Assembly (NCBI GenBank): GCA_028284075.1
Contig: JANQSL010000070.1
Span: 41,480-105,479 of the forward strand
Length of the DNA stretch: 64,000 nt
Direction of reading: 5' to 3'
Origin: Candidatus Sumerlaeia bacterium
Lineage (GTDB): Bacteria > Sumerlaeota > Sumerlaeia > SLMS01 > JAHLLQ01
The translations under genes were made by a program, and so were the position numbers. The notes beneath the pieces were generated by a model. The model did not search any database. It was not told the DNA's origin and saw only the letters and a program-made list of their open reading frames with translations. Shown here in pieces: positions 45,967 to 56,984 of the stretch; within the stretch, counting starts at the first letter, position 1, and each line of letters begins with the position of its first letter.

Positions 45967-46716
45967 GTGCTGGAATCGTTTGGAAGCACCCGGACAAGTG
46001 TTCAAGGTAACCACGCGCTGATCGCCCCGGACTCACACGTCGTCTCAGCATTGCCGGGATGGTCGAAAACCGATGCAGTCATACTGATTTCTCCACAGAT
46101 GGGAGCGCGGTTCTGTATGTTCTTCGCCGTCATGCAACGCGGTGCAAAGAGCGCTCCTGCAGCAGAAGGGATGGAGAGATTCGCCTACGTGCTTGAAGGA
46201 GAGATTCGCATCCGGGAAGGCGGGAAAGTTCATGCGCTTAAACCGGGCTCATACGTTTTCTTCCCTCCTGACAGTGAGCTGACGATCGCGGCTGCCATGA
46301 ACTCGCGATTGGTGCTGTTCGAAAAGCCGTGGTGTCCGTCGAGTAGCGGTGAAAAGCCGGGTTTCCTGTGTGGACATGAAAAAAAATGCAAAGCCGAACC
46401 GTTTCTTGGCGATCCCGACGCACGACTCAAAACACTCCTCCCGGACGATCAGGGTTTCGACATGGCTGTGAATCTGTTTTCCTTCAAGCCCGGTACCACC
46501 CTTCCTTTCGTGGAGACCCATGTTATGGAGCACGGACTTCTGATGGTCGAGGGGGGCGGCGTATATCGTCTGGATGATTCTTGGTATCCCGTGCAGAAAA
46601 GCGATGTGATCTGGATGGCTCCGTATTGTCCTCAGTGGTTTGTGGCTGCCGGCAAAAAACCGAGCGCGTATTTGTACTACAAAGATGTGCAACGCGATCC
46701 TCTGACAATGACATGA
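45967..46716 (+). CDS. bicupin, probable (S)-ureidoglycine aminohydrolase
   Basis: Size and two cupin halves consistent with AllE/UGlyAH. GTG start. Sits between two M20 amidohydrolases. Confidence 0.6.
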   Translation: MLESFGSTRTSVQGNHALIAPDSHVVSALPGWSKTDAVILISPQMGARFCMFFAVMQRGAKSAPAAEGMERFAYVLEGEIRIREGGKVHALKPGSYVFFPPDSELTIAAAMNSRLVLFEKPWCPSSSGEKPGFLCGHEKKCKAEPFLGDPDARLKTLLPDDQGFDMAVNLFSFKPGTTLPFVETHVMEHGLLMVEGGGVYRLDDSWYPVQKSDVIWMAPYCPQWFVAAGKKPSAYLYYKDVQRDPLTMT

Positions 46717-47987
46717 AACTGAAGCGTCCCGCCACTCCCCTCTCTGTCAATGGCGACCGGGTTTGCGCCGAAATACAGGAATTATCACAATTCATGGATG
46801 GAGAACCGCCGGGTGTCACACGGGTGGTTTTCACGGAGGCGGATCGGCAGGCGCGTGCGTGGTTGAGGGCGAAGTGCGTGAATTCAGGTCTCGTCACAAG
46901 GGAGGATGGCGTCGGGAATTTTTTTGCCCGTTGGGTCGGCTCTGAAGCGAACACGGCGGCCGTCGGCACCGGGTCTCATTGCGATGCAATTCCGAACTCA
47001 GGCGTCTACGATGGAACTGTAGGCGTTCTTGGAGGTCTCGAAGCGATTCGTACTCTGCAGGAATCAGGTTTCAAGCCGCGCCGAAGCATCGAATTGCTTA
47101 TGTTCACCTCAGAGGAGCCAACCCGGTTTGGTATTGGTTGCCTGGGCAGCAGACTCTTGAGCGGCCGCGCGGATATTGGTTCCATTGACCGGTTGCTTGA
47201 TGGCGAGGAAATGTCTGTGCGTGAAGCCGCAAGGCAGTCCGGATTCAATGGCGACCTGGAGAATGTATGTCTCTCATCAAACTACTACAGCCATTTTGTG
47301 GAGCTTCATATTGAGCAAGGTCCGGTCCTCGAGTGCGAAAGCATTCCGATTGGGGTTGTGACCGCAATTGCAGCTCCCGCCGCGCTCCGAATTATGTTTA
47401 AGGGGGAAGGCGGCCATGCAGGTACTGTATTGATGTCAGGCCGCCATGACGCACTGACGGCTGCGGCTGAGCTGGCCCTGGAGGTTGAGCGCGCGGGCCG
47501 GGAAAGCGAAAGCGCCGACACCGTTGCCACGACTGGTGTCTTCCGCCCTTTCCCGGGAGCCGTGAACAGCATTCCTTCACAATGTCTGTTGGAGATTGAC
47601 GTTCGCGACACCTCCGAGAAGTCGCGGAATCGGGCTGTCGACCGCATCGTTTCCTTCGCTCATCAAGTTGCGGGGGAGCGTGGTGTCGATGTGCTGGTTG
47701 AAACAATCAACTCAGACCCTCCGGCCGTCTGCGATACGAGCGTCGTCGAGGCCGTTCAGGCATCAGCATCCGCGGAGAGCCTGGCAACACTGGACCTTGT
47801 AAGCCGCGCTTACCATGACTCTCTTTTTATGGCGACCCTGACGCGCACGGGAATGATCTTTATTCCATGCCGCAATGGCATCAGTCACCGGCCTGAAGAG
47901 TATGCCACTCCGGAGCATATTTGCGGAGGTGTGGCTGTCCTCGCCCGGACGCTGGCTGCGCTGTCTTTGTCAGAGGAGGAAGCATAG
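46713..47987 (+). CDS. M20-family amidohydrolase, paralog of the upstream one (candidate ureidoglycolate amidohydrolase)
   Basis: Same fold signatures (GSHCDAIPNSGVYDG; SEEPTRFG). ATGA overlap with the upstream stop. Start at the verified ATG MKLKRPATP. Confidence 0.6.
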   Translation: MKLKRPATPLSVNGDRVCAEIQELSQFMDGEPPGVTRVVFTEADRQARAWLRAKCVNSGLVTREDGVGNFFARWVGSEANTAAVGTGSHCDAIPNSGVYDGTVGVLGGLEAIRTLQESGFKPRRSIELLMFTSEEPTRFGIGCLGSRLLSGRADIGSIDRLLDGEEMSVREAARQSGFNGDLENVCLSSNYYSHFVELHIEQGPVLECESIPIGVVTAIAAPAALRIMFKGEGGHAGTVLMSGRHDALTAAAELALEVERAGRESESADTVATTGVFRPFPGAVNSIPSQCLLEIDVRDTSEKSRNRAVDRIVSFAHQVAGERGVDVLVETINSDPPAVCDTSVVEAVQASASAESLATLDLVSRAYHDSLFMATLTRTGMIFIPCRNGISHRPEEYATPEHICGGVAVLARTLAALSLSEEEA

Positions 47988-47992
47988 CGATC

Positions 47993-49447
47993 ATGGACAT
48001 CACTCGGGAGTCTGAAACAAAATCCGTCGATTTTTCCACCGCCAATGCGGAGGGGCTGCGTGCGCTGGAGAACGCCGTACATCGCGACCTGGAATTTCTA
48101 CAGTATCCCCGGCGTGAATGGGTTTCACCGCGAACAGCAGCTGATGGTCGCCGGATTCTCGATGTGCTTGTTATCGGCGGTGGCCAGAGCGGACTTGTAA
48201 CGGCGTTTGCTCTGATGCGCGAGCGAATCAACAACATCCTCGTGATCGATGAAAACGATGAAGGTCTCGAAGGACCGTGGCTGACGTTTGCGCGTATGAA
48301 AACACTGCGCACTCCAAAGTATCTGACAGGCCCGGATCTCGGTATTCCAAACCTGACGCCGCGCGCATGGTTCGAGGCGCAGTACGGAGAGGGAAGCTGG
48401 GAGGGGGTTGGGTTGGTCCCAAAAGAGGAATGGGCGCGCTATCTGGCATGGTATCGCAGATTACTCAAGATTGCCGTCCGGAACAGGACGCGGGCTGGTG
48501 CTATTGAGTGGTGGGAGGCTGAGGAGTGCTTTTGCATTCCCATCGTGTCCGAAGACGGACCCGGCGAGCTGCTGGCGCGCAAGGTTGTACTGGCGACGGG
48601 CATTTCGGGATCCGGTCAATGGCGTGTTCCCGACTTCGTGACGGACGAACTGCCGAGGCACTTTTATTCCCATACACGCGAGGATATCGATTTCGATGCG
48701 CTTCGCGGGAAACGTGTCGGTGTTCTTGGCGCGGGGGCCTCTGCATTCGATAATGCCAGCCTCTCTCTCGAAAACGGCGCATCGGAAGTCCATCTCTTCT
48801 TTCGGCGCAAGGAGCTTGTGCGCGTGAACCCGTATCGCTGGGCGGAGTTCAGCGGGTTTCTCAGGCATCATCGCGATTTGCCGGATGACCTGCGCTGGAA
48901 GTTCATTCACAAGATCATCTGTATGGGACAGCTTCCCCCCGCGGATACGTTCGAGCGTGCACGGCGACACCGTAATTTTCACCTTCATCCGGGATCCGCG
49001 GCTCACGGTATTGCTGTCGGTGACAAGGATTTCGTTCTGAAAACCGCTAATGGAGAGCACACGCTTGACTATCTGATTGTTGGTACAGGCTTCGTTACCG
49101 ACCTTTCGTCCAGACCGGAGCTACAGAAGTTCAGCTCGAGCATTGCACTTTGGGAGGATCGTTTTTCACCACCGGCGGATGAGTGCCTCGAAGACATGCT
49201 GAGGCATCCCTACCTTGGGCCTCACTTTGAACTTACCGAAAAAAATGGTGGTGAGGCTCCATGGCTGTCTTCTATTTTCAACTATACATTCGGATGCCTG
49301 CTCAGTCAGGGATTCGGAGGTGCCAGCATCAGTGGTATGAAGTACAGTGTGCCCCGGCTTGTCGAGGGCATCACCGGCCAGCTCTATCGCGATGACATCG
49401 ACCAGCACTTCGAGTCGTTGGAATCATTCAACCTCCGGGAATTTTAG
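47993..49447 (+). CDS. FAD/NAD(P)-binding oxidoreductase, candidate FAD-dependent urate hydroxylase (HpyO-like)
   Basis: Two dinucleotide-binding motifs (VIGGGQSGL; VGVLGAGASAFDNA). Embedded between ureide-hydrolysing genes and allantoinase. No other urate oxidase in the locus. Confidence 0.5.
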   Translation: MDITRESETKSVDFSTANAEGLRALENAVHRDLEFLQYPRREWVSPRTAADGRRILDVLVIGGGQSGLVTAFALMRERINNILVIDENDEGLEGPWLTFARMKTLRTPKYLTGPDLGIPNLTPRAWFEAQYGEGSWEGVGLVPKEEWARYLAWYRRLLKIAVRNRTRAGAIEWWEAEECFCIPIVSEDGPGELLARKVVLATGISGSGQWRVPDFVTDELPRHFYSHTREDIDFDALRGKRVGVLGAGASAFDNASLSLENGASEVHLFFRRKELVRVNPYRWAEFSGFLRHHRDLPDDLRWKFIHKIICMGQLPPADTFERARRHRNFHLHPGSAAHGIAVGDKDFVLKTANGEHTLDYLIVGTGFVTDLSSRPELQKFSSSIALWEDRFSPPADECLEDMLRHPYLGPHFELTEKNGGEAPWLSSIFNYTFGCLLSQGFGGASISGMKYSVPRLVEGITGQLYRDDIDQHFESLESFNLREF

Positions 49448-49456
49448 TTATCATCC

Positions 49457-50809
49457 ATGACAGGCACTCGCATTCTTAGAAGTCACCGGGTTGTTCTTCC
49501 GGATGGCGTTCGCCCCGCTACTCTTGTCATTGAGGATGGTGTTTTCAGCTCGATCACCGACCATGAAGCAAATATCCCCGGCGATTCTGTTGAGGATTTC
49601 GGAAATCTGGTGATTTCACCGGGCGGCATTGATGTTCATGTGCATGTCAACGAGCCAGGACGAACAAACTGGGAGGGCTTTGAAACGGCAACGCGAGCCG
49701 CCGCCGCCGGCGGAACGACGACAATTGCCGACATGCCACTCAATTCTCTTCCCGTAACGACATCCCGTAATGCGCTTCGTGCAAAGATTAAAGCCATGAC
49801 CGGGAAACTACAGGCAGACGTTGCTCTATACGGCGGTTTGATTCCCGGCAACGTGGCCGAACTCGAAGGGCTCGTGCAGGGCGGTGTTGCGGGCATCAAG
49901 ACGTTTCTCATTCCTTCAGGAATTGATGAGTTTCCCGCCTCCGGGGAAGCGGACCTTCTTCCCGCCGCAAAGGCGCTGGCTGCAGAGGGGCGGCCGCTTC
50001 TCGCACATGCGGAACTCGAACCGGCTGTTCCTTCGGTCTCTCCAAAGGGACTGTGGAGCCACATGGACTGGCTCGAATCCCGGCCAGCGGAGATGGAGAG
50101 TCGCGCTATCAAAATGCTGGTAAACATCGCCGCTGAAACTGGAGCACACATTCATATTGTTCACGTGGCTTCAGCTGAGGCGGTTGATGTGATTCGCAAT
50201 GCGAAAACTCGCGGAGTTCCGGTGACAGCTGAGACATGCCCTCACTATCTGGCTTTTTGCGCTGACGATGTTCCACCCGGAAACACACTCTATAAGTGCG
50301 CTCCTCCTCTTCGCGAACCCCACCATCGAGAGGCACTCTGGCAAGCGCTGCGAGACGGAGCTCTCGACATGGTTGCCACGGATCACTCACCCTCACCGCC
50401 TGAGGTAAAGGCGCTGGAGACGGGCGACTTCCGGGCTGCATGGGGAGGAATTTCATCAATCCAATTTCTCCTCTCCGCGACGTGGACAGAGGCACGGAAA
50501 CGCGGGTTTACATTCGAGGAACTGGCTGCATGGCTGTCAGTATCTCCCGCCTCTCTGTTGGGGCTCAAAGATCGCAAGGGATGTATCGCCACGGGATTTG
50601 ATGCTGACATGGTTGTCTGGAATCCGGACGAAGAGTTTGTCGTGGAGGCGGGTTTTCTGAGAACTCGTCATCGGATTTCACCCTGGATTGGGCGTAATCT
50701 CTTTGGCCGTGTCGAGGAAACGATATTGCGCGGAGAGAGTGTTTATCGTTTCGGATCCGAAGTCGCGACAAAACACGGAGAATTTCTTTCACGCAAAGGC
50801 CAGCCATGA
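49457..50809 (+). CDS. allB: allantoinase (cyclic amidohydrolase)
   Basis: GGIDVHVHVNEPGRTNWEGFETATRAAAAGGTTT metal-binding region. Context. Confidence 0.8.
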   Translation: MTGTRILRSHRVVLPDGVRPATLVIEDGVFSSITDHEANIPGDSVEDFGNLVISPGGIDVHVHVNEPGRTNWEGFETATRAAAAGGTTTIADMPLNSLPVTTSRNALRAKIKAMTGKLQADVALYGGLIPGNVAELEGLVQGGVAGIKTFLIPSGIDEFPASGEADLLPAAKALAAEGRPLLAHAELEPAVPSVSPKGLWSHMDWLESRPAEMESRAIKMLVNIAAETGAHIHIVHVASAEAVDVIRNAKTRGVPVTAETCPHYLAFCADDVPPGNTLYKCAPPLREPHHREALWQALRDGALDMVATDHSPSPPEVKALETGDFRAAWGGISSIQFLLSATWTEARKRGFTFEELAAWLSVSPASLLGLKDRKGCIATGFDADMVVWNPDEEFVVEAGFLRTRHRISPWIGRNLFGRVEETILRGESVYRFGSEVATKHGEFLSRKGQP

Positions 50810-51309
50810 ACCTTGCCGATCTTAATGCTTTTTCTGTGGATGCCGCTCGTGCGGAATTCCTGCGTTGCTGTGGATCCTTAAAATGGGCCAACGCCATGGT
50901 GGACAAGCGCCCTTATAATTCGGTGGAGGATTTGTTCGAGTGGTCCGGTCAGGTGGCAGGGCGCCTTGAGAGAAATGACTGGCTGGAGGCGTTTTCTCAT
51001 CATCCCCGTATTGGAGATATGGAAAGCCTGCGAGCAAGGTTTACGATAACAAAGGACCTGTCTCTGGCGGAGCAGGCCGGAGCGGCCGACGCATCCGAAG
51101 AGGTTATTCAGGCGCTTGCCCGGGAGAACGACACGTACTTTAATCGGTTTGGGTACATCTTCATTGTTTGTGCGACAGGAAAAGGAGCGGCGGAAATGCT
51201 CGACATTCTTCGTTCACGGTTGTCCAATAATCCTGAACAGGAACTTCTGATCGCAGCCGGCGAACAGAACAGAATCACACAACTCCGACTGGAGAAACTC
51301 TTCTCATGA
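50806..51309 (+). CDS. uraD: 2-oxo-4-hydroxy-4-carboxy-5-ureidoimidazoline (OHCU) decarboxylase
   Basis: OHCU decarboxylase family with the HPRIG motif. ATGA overlap with the allantoinase stop. Confidence 0.8.
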   Translation: MNLADLNAFSVDAARAEFLRCCGSLKWANAMVDKRPYNSVEDLFEWSGQVAGRLERNDWLEAFSHHPRIGDMESLRARFTITKDLSLAEQAGAADASEEVIQALARENDTYFNRFGYIFIVCATGKGAAEMLDILRSRLSNNPEQELLIAAGEQNRITQLRLEKLFS

Positions 51310-51650
51310 GCGGTATTACCAGCCATGTACTCGACACATCCCTTGGTACTCCGGCGGATGGTCTTCGCATCGTGCTTGAGCGACGATCAAACACGAATAA
51401 ATGGACAGTTCTCGGAGATCTTGAGACGAATGCAGACGGCCGCGTGCCAGGGCTTTTTCCCGAGACCACCCGACTGGAAGCGGATTCGTACCGTATAACC
51501 TTCCATACGGGCACCTATTTCAGGAAAACAGGCCGTCCGGTGTTTTATCCCGTTGTGCATGTGCATTTTGAAATTACAAATACCACTGAACACTACCATA
51601 TCCCGCTGCTGTTGAGCCCCTTCGGCTACAGCACATATCGGGGAAGCTGA
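51306..51650 (+). CDS. uraH: 5-hydroxyisourate hydrolase (transthyretin-like)
   Basis: Transthyretin fold start HVLDTSLGTPA and C-terminal YRGS signature. ATGA overlap with the upstream gene. Confidence 0.85.
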   Translation: MSGITSHVLDTSLGTPADGLRIVLERRSNTNKWTVLGDLETNADGRVPGLFPETTRLEADSYRITFHTGTYFRKTGRPVFYPVVHVHFEITNTTEHYHIPLLLSPFGYSTYRGS

Positions 51651-51664
51651 TGCGGCGACTGTCC

Positions 51665-52450
51665 TCAATAGCAGGTCGTCAGGGCTCCATCCACAAGAAT
51701 CGTTTGCCCTGTCACGTATGTGTTTGCGGGAGAGCATAGAAACGCGGCGACACGGCCGAATTCCTTCGGATCACCATACCTTCCGACAGGAATGGCTTTC
51801 TGCTCCAGAGTCTTCACCTCTTCGAGCGACAGTGATTCACGCTTGGCACGTATCCCGTCCAATTGTGCAACCCGATCCGTATCGAACCGTCCCGGGCACA
51901 AAACGTTCAGCAGAATATCGCGGTCCCCGTATTCGATTGCGAGCGATTTGACCAGTCCGGTAATTCCAGTCCGAAACACGTTGGAGAGCAGGAGATTTGG
52001 AAGGGCCATGCGGGTGGATGAGGAAGCGATAGTGACAACGCGTCCACCATTTTCCTCCAGATATGGAAGGGCTTCGCGGACGGAGCGTACGATACTCATC
52101 AAGGTCAGCTCGAAGGCCTGCCTCCATGCATCGTCATCAAACTTTGCAAATGTTCCGGCAGGGGGTCCCCCGGCGTTACAGACAAGGGCATAGAGGCTGC
52201 CGCATTTATCGATAGTTGTGTTGATGGCTGTGACAATACTGTCGGTTTTTGACACATCACCGACAACGTAGTCGGGACGATTCCCCGTCTCCCGTTCTAT
52301 TTCGCTCTGCGCCGCCCGGAGGCGATTCTCCTCGCGTGCAACCAGTACAACACGCGCTCCCTCGCGTGCCAGCTCCAGTGCACAACCTTTGCCCAGACCA
52401 GCACTCGAAGCGAAAACAAGCGCCCCTTTTCCGTTCAGGTTCAACTCCAT
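51665..52450 (-). CDS. short-chain dehydrogenase/reductase (SDR)
   Basis: [14 protein letters not shown] coenzyme motif and YxxxK region. Start at the verified [12 protein letters not shown]. The tracked ORF has a 57-aa extension. Confidence 0.75.
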   Translation of the reverse strand: MELNLNGKGALVFASSAGLGKGCALELAREGARVVLVAREENRLRAAQSEIERETGNRPDYVVGDVSKTDSIVTAINTTIDKCGSLYALVCNAGGPPAGTFAKFDDDAWRQAFELTLMSIVRSVREALPYLEENGGRVVTIASSSTRMALPNLLLSNVFRTGITGLVKSLAIEYGDRDILLNVLCPGRFDTDRVAQLDGIRAKRESLSLEEVKTLEQKAIPVGRYGDPKEFGRVAAFLCSPANTYVTGQTILVDGALTTCY

Positions 52451-52622
52451 AACAGATGACTCCGTAAAAATCGACAATAACGTACAGATAGCTGATTTAT
52501 CGGGTGCGAAGCAAGTGCAGCCTTGTTTCAGCAAGAATCGCGTTGCCCATGATGGCCACCGTCGGTTTTTACAGGCACCTTCAGCCAATGAAGAAGCAAA
52601 TACACCAGGGGAGATTTCCACG

Positions 52623-53864
52623 ATGATGATTCATCTTCGACTGTTGTTGCCTGCAATTCTGACTCTGCTCGTTTCCAGGGCTTTTGGGGCGGCCGATTCC
52701 GAAGTTCGCGCAATCTGGATAACGCGGTGGGATTACAAGACTGCGGAGGATGTCCGGAAAATTGTCGAAAACTGCGAAACGATTAACACTAATCTTTTGT
52801 TGTTTCAAGTACGGGGAAACGGTACCGTGTTTTACCGTTCCGAAATCGAACCCTGGGCATGGGAGCTGACCGGCGACGATGCATCAACAACGGGAAGAGA
52901 TCCTGGATGGGACCCTCTTGCCGTTGCCATTGAGGAGGCACACGGGCGTGGTCTGGAGCTGCATGCCTATGTCAACGTGTTTCCCGCATGGCGTACTCAG
53001 GAGTACGCGCCGCGGGATTCAGGCCAACTCTGGTGGGACCACCCGGACTGGTTCATGTGCGACGCGGCCGGACGGCGTATGATACCACGCGACCCGAACC
53101 ATGATGAGAATGTTTCACGTCCTTGGTACAGTTTCATCAGCCCGGGTGTTCCTGAGGTGCAGGACTATCTGGCGTCCCTGTTCGAAGAGCTGGTCGCAAA
53201 CTACGATGTTGATGGCGTGCACTACGATTACATTCGTTACCCTCACGAAATTCATGAAGTCGATCCGGACTACAAACAACGAGAGAAGGCCTTGGGCAAC
53301 TGGTCCTATGATCCCATCAGTCTCGCGCGTTTTTCAAGGGAGACAGGTGTATGCTCCCCCGATGAGAGTCCGGAGGACTGGACACGGTGGCGGGCCTCTC
53401 AGATTTCAGAAATGGTTCGTAAGGCGGACGAATTGATGCGGAAGCACGACCCGGACATCTTTGTTTCGGCCGCTGTCATGGCGGATCCTGATGATGCGTA
53501 TCAAACAAAGTACCAGGACTACATCACGTGGATGAAGCAGGGCTGGCTGAATGCCGCCATCACGATGGGTTACACCAGTGACAACGAGAAGTACGAGAAG
53601 CGCATGCGGAATCTTGCTTCGCGTCGTGTTGAGGGGCAGTACATTGTACCTGGCCTTGGCTTCAAGAATGACGGAGAAACCATCAAAAAACAGATTGAGC
53701 TGACTCGTCAGTACAATATGGACGGCTTTAGCGGCTTTGCGTATTCGCATCTGTTTGATCGGAACAACGGTCATGCACCGAAGCAACTCGCCACGGAACT
53801 GCTTGAGGGACCGATGAAGGAAAAGGCCTCACTACCCTGGGAGGAGAGCCCTTCGAAGGACTAG
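52623..53864 (+). CDS. secreted glycoside-hydrolase-like family 10 (GHL10/PF02638-type) protein
   Basis: Signal peptide [31 protein letters not shown]...LFQVRGNG...HAYVNVF blocks typical of YngK-like GHL10 TIM barrels. Confidence 0.6.
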   Translation: MMIHLRLLLPAILTLLVSRAFGAADSEVRAIWITRWDYKTAEDVRKIVENCETINTNLLLFQVRGNGTVFYRSEIEPWAWELTGDDASTTGRDPGWDPLAVAIEEAHGRGLELHAYVNVFPAWRTQEYAPRDSGQLWWDHPDWFMCDAAGRRMIPRDPNHDENVSRPWYSFISPGVPEVQDYLASLFEELVANYDVDGVHYDYIRYPHEIHEVDPDYKQREKALGNWSYDPISLARFSRETGVCSPDESPEDWTRWRASQISEMVRKADELMRKHDPDIFVSAAVMADPDDAYQTKYQDYITWMKQGWLNAAITMGYTSDNEKYEKRMRNLASRRVEGQYIVPGLGFKNDGETIKKQIELTRQYNMDGFSGFAYSHLFDRNNGHAPKQLATELLEGPMKEKASLPWEESPSKD

Positions 53865-53920
53865 TTTCAACCCTCGAAGAATCTCTACTCTGACGGCTGG
53901 CCAAAACGAAGTGGTGTACC

Positions 53921-53955
53921 AGATGGTACGCCACCGATCTCTTTCGGAAACCAGG
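53921..53955 (+). terminator. weak candidate terminator after the GHL10 gene
   Basis: GGUGUACC-AGAU-GGUACGCC stem-loop followed by ACCGAUCUCUUUCGG. Confidence 0.3.
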
Positions 53956-54139
53956 CCACTTGACACGTATTGCGTCTTCGCATCGTTTGCGGAATCCGAT
54001 TCGCAGAGGAACGACGGTGCATGATGCGCTGATGCATCCTGCAACCGGTTTCACAGCTTGTTTTTGCCATGGCCCGGACCTCGCGCGCGTTTTCGTTGAA
54101 GGCAAAACAGCCTTCGAATTGAAAAACGGAGGTCTTTCC

Positions 54140-55900
54140 ATGAAGACCCAACATACTTGTCGTCCCTTTGGTAAAGCTCTGCCGGTTGGTGCGATATGTT
54201 TCGTTCTTGCCGGAGCAGGTTCACCATCGACTGCACGGCCCGACAAACCGCGCTCCCACGGAGATTCAAATCCGATCGTCGAAGTCCGGACGATCGACGG
54301 CATAAACAATAATCCTTCGGAACCATTGTGGGGGGCGGCGGGTGAATCGTTTGTGCGTTTCGCAACTGTTGCGTATGAAGACGGTGTTTCTCTTCCCTCC
54401 GGTAATGACAGGCCTGGCGCTCGTGCGGTGAGCAATGCTGTGTGTGCACAAACGGAGAGCCTTCCGAATGATGTCGGCTATACCGATTACCTCTGGCAAT
54501 GGGGGCAGTTTCTCGATCACGACATTACCGAGACGCCGCTCCTCGATCCGGCCGAACCTTTTAACATTCCTGTTCCTACTGGTGACATATGGTTCGACCC
54601 GACTTTTACCGGAACGGTCATTATTCCCATGAACCGCTCGTTCCATGAAACGGATCAATCCGGCGTTGCTCAACAGGTGAATCTGATTACCGCCTATGTC
54701 GATGCCTCCAACGTCTATGGTTCGGATGAGGAACGTGCACATACGCTCCGGGCCAACGACGGCACCGGACGGCTGAAGATCAGTGATGGTGATTTATTGC
54801 CTTACAACACCGAGGGTCTTGAAAATGCCGGCGGAACATCTGCAACATTGTTTCTCGCAGGTGATGTTCGCGCCAACGAACAGATCTACCTGACGGCGAT
54901 GCACACGCTGTTTGTTCGTGAACACAATCACTGGGCGGATTTGATTCGCGAACAGAGCAACTCGATGAAGAAATCCCGTTTTCGTGAACGAACCCTTCCG
55001 GGGGTTACACCGGACATGTCCGGTGACGATGTCTACGAACTGGCGCGGGCCATCGTTGGCGCGGAGATGCAGGTTATTACGTATCGGGATTTTCTTGGGA
55101 CTCTGTTGGGACACGACGCACTACCACCATATCGCGGTTACAGGCCAAACATCAACGCAGGGATCACCAATGTCTTTGCCACGGCGGCCTTTCGTCTCGG
55201 TCACACAATGCTCTCATCCGAACTGTTACGTCTCGATCGAAACGGAGAACCCATCGAAGCGGGCAACATCGCACTGGCTAACGCGTTCTTCTCACCCTCG
55301 GAGATCACTGACAACGGCGGGATCGAACCGCTGCTTCGCGGTCTGGCCGCGCAACCCGCCCAGTCCATCGATCCCCATCTTGTCGACGATGTGCGCAATT
55401 TCCTCTTTGGCCCTCCGGGATCCGGCGGATTCGATCTGGCCTCATTGAATATTCAACGCGGCCGTGACCACGGGCTTCCATCCTACAATCAGGTGCGCGC
55501 GGACTTCGGACTCAATCATGTTTCAGAATTCAGCGAAATCTCTCGGAACCCGGAGCGACAGGCCAGTCTGTCAAGTGTATACGCCTCACCCGACGACATC
55601 GATCCATGGGTCGGTATGCTGAGTGAGGATCACGTACCGGGTGCACTGGTGGGAGAGACATTATTTACGATTCTGATTGAACAGTTCGGTGCGTTGCGGG
55701 ACGGAGATCGGTTCTGGTATCAGAACTCCCTTCCGAGAGAGCTTCAGAATATCGCCGAGGCACAAACACTGGCAGGCATCATTCGCCGCAACACGACAAT
55801 TCGCGGTGAAATTCAGGACGACGTTTTCAAGGTCAGGCAGCAGAACGAAGAAAAGCCGCCGCATCGTGAGCGCGACAGAAGAAGTCGTCGAGGACGTTAA
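54140..55900 (+). CDS. secreted animal-type heme peroxidase (peroxidase-cyclooxygenase superfamily)
   Basis: Distal-site motif WQWGQFLDHD, catalytic Arg/Glu block FLAGDVRANE and proximal His motif AFRLGHTML. Signal peptide from the verified ATG (MKTQHTC...), with GGAGG RBS upstream. Confidence 0.85.
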   Translation: MKTQHTCRPFGKALPVGAICFVLAGAGSPSTARPDKPRSHGDSNPIVEVRTIDGINNNPSEPLWGAAGESFVRFATVAYEDGVSLPSGNDRPGARAVSNAVCAQTESLPNDVGYTDYLWQWGQFLDHDITETPLLDPAEPFNIPVPTGDIWFDPTFTGTVIIPMNRSFHETDQSGVAQQVNLITAYVDASNVYGSDEERAHTLRANDGTGRLKISDGDLLPYNTEGLENAGGTSATLFLAGDVRANEQIYLTAMHTLFVREHNHWADLIREQSNSMKKSRFRERTLPGVTPDMSGDDVYELARAIVGAEMQVITYRDFLGTLLGHDALPPYRGYRPNINAGITNVFATAAFRLGHTMLSSELLRLDRNGEPIEAGNIALANAFFSPSEITDNGGIEPLLRGLAAQPAQSIDPHLVDDVRNFLFGPPGSGGFDLASLNIQRGRDHGLPSYNQVRADFGLNHVSEFSEISRNPERQASLSSVYASPDDIDPWVGMLSEDHVPGALVGETLFTILIEQFGALRDGDRFWYQNSLPRELQNIAEAQTLAGIIRRNTTIRGEIQDDVFKVRQQNEEKPPHRERDRRSRRGR

Positions 55901-55919
55901 GCCCGAACCACAGTCCAAT

Positions 55920-55957
55920 ACTACAGAAAGAATGGGCCGCATAAAGCGGCCCATTCT
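55920..55957 (-). terminator. rho-independent terminator (perfect 12-bp stem), probably bidirectional
   Basis: AGAATGGGCCGC-ataaa-GCGGCCCATTCT read directly. On the minus strand it is followed by UUUCUGUAGUAUU, 20 nt after the DHOD-like gene stop. Confidence 0.5.
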
Positions 55958-55979
55958 CAAGCATGCGGTGCGTTTACTG

Positions 55980-56983
<1,004 letters not shown>

Positions 56984-56984
<1 letters not shown>

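Noticed and set aside
53960-54139. 60-aa N-terminal extension of the peroxidase ORF
   Set aside because: An internal ATG at 54140 is preceded by GGAGG and yields a clean signal peptide. The upstream part has no peroxidase homology.
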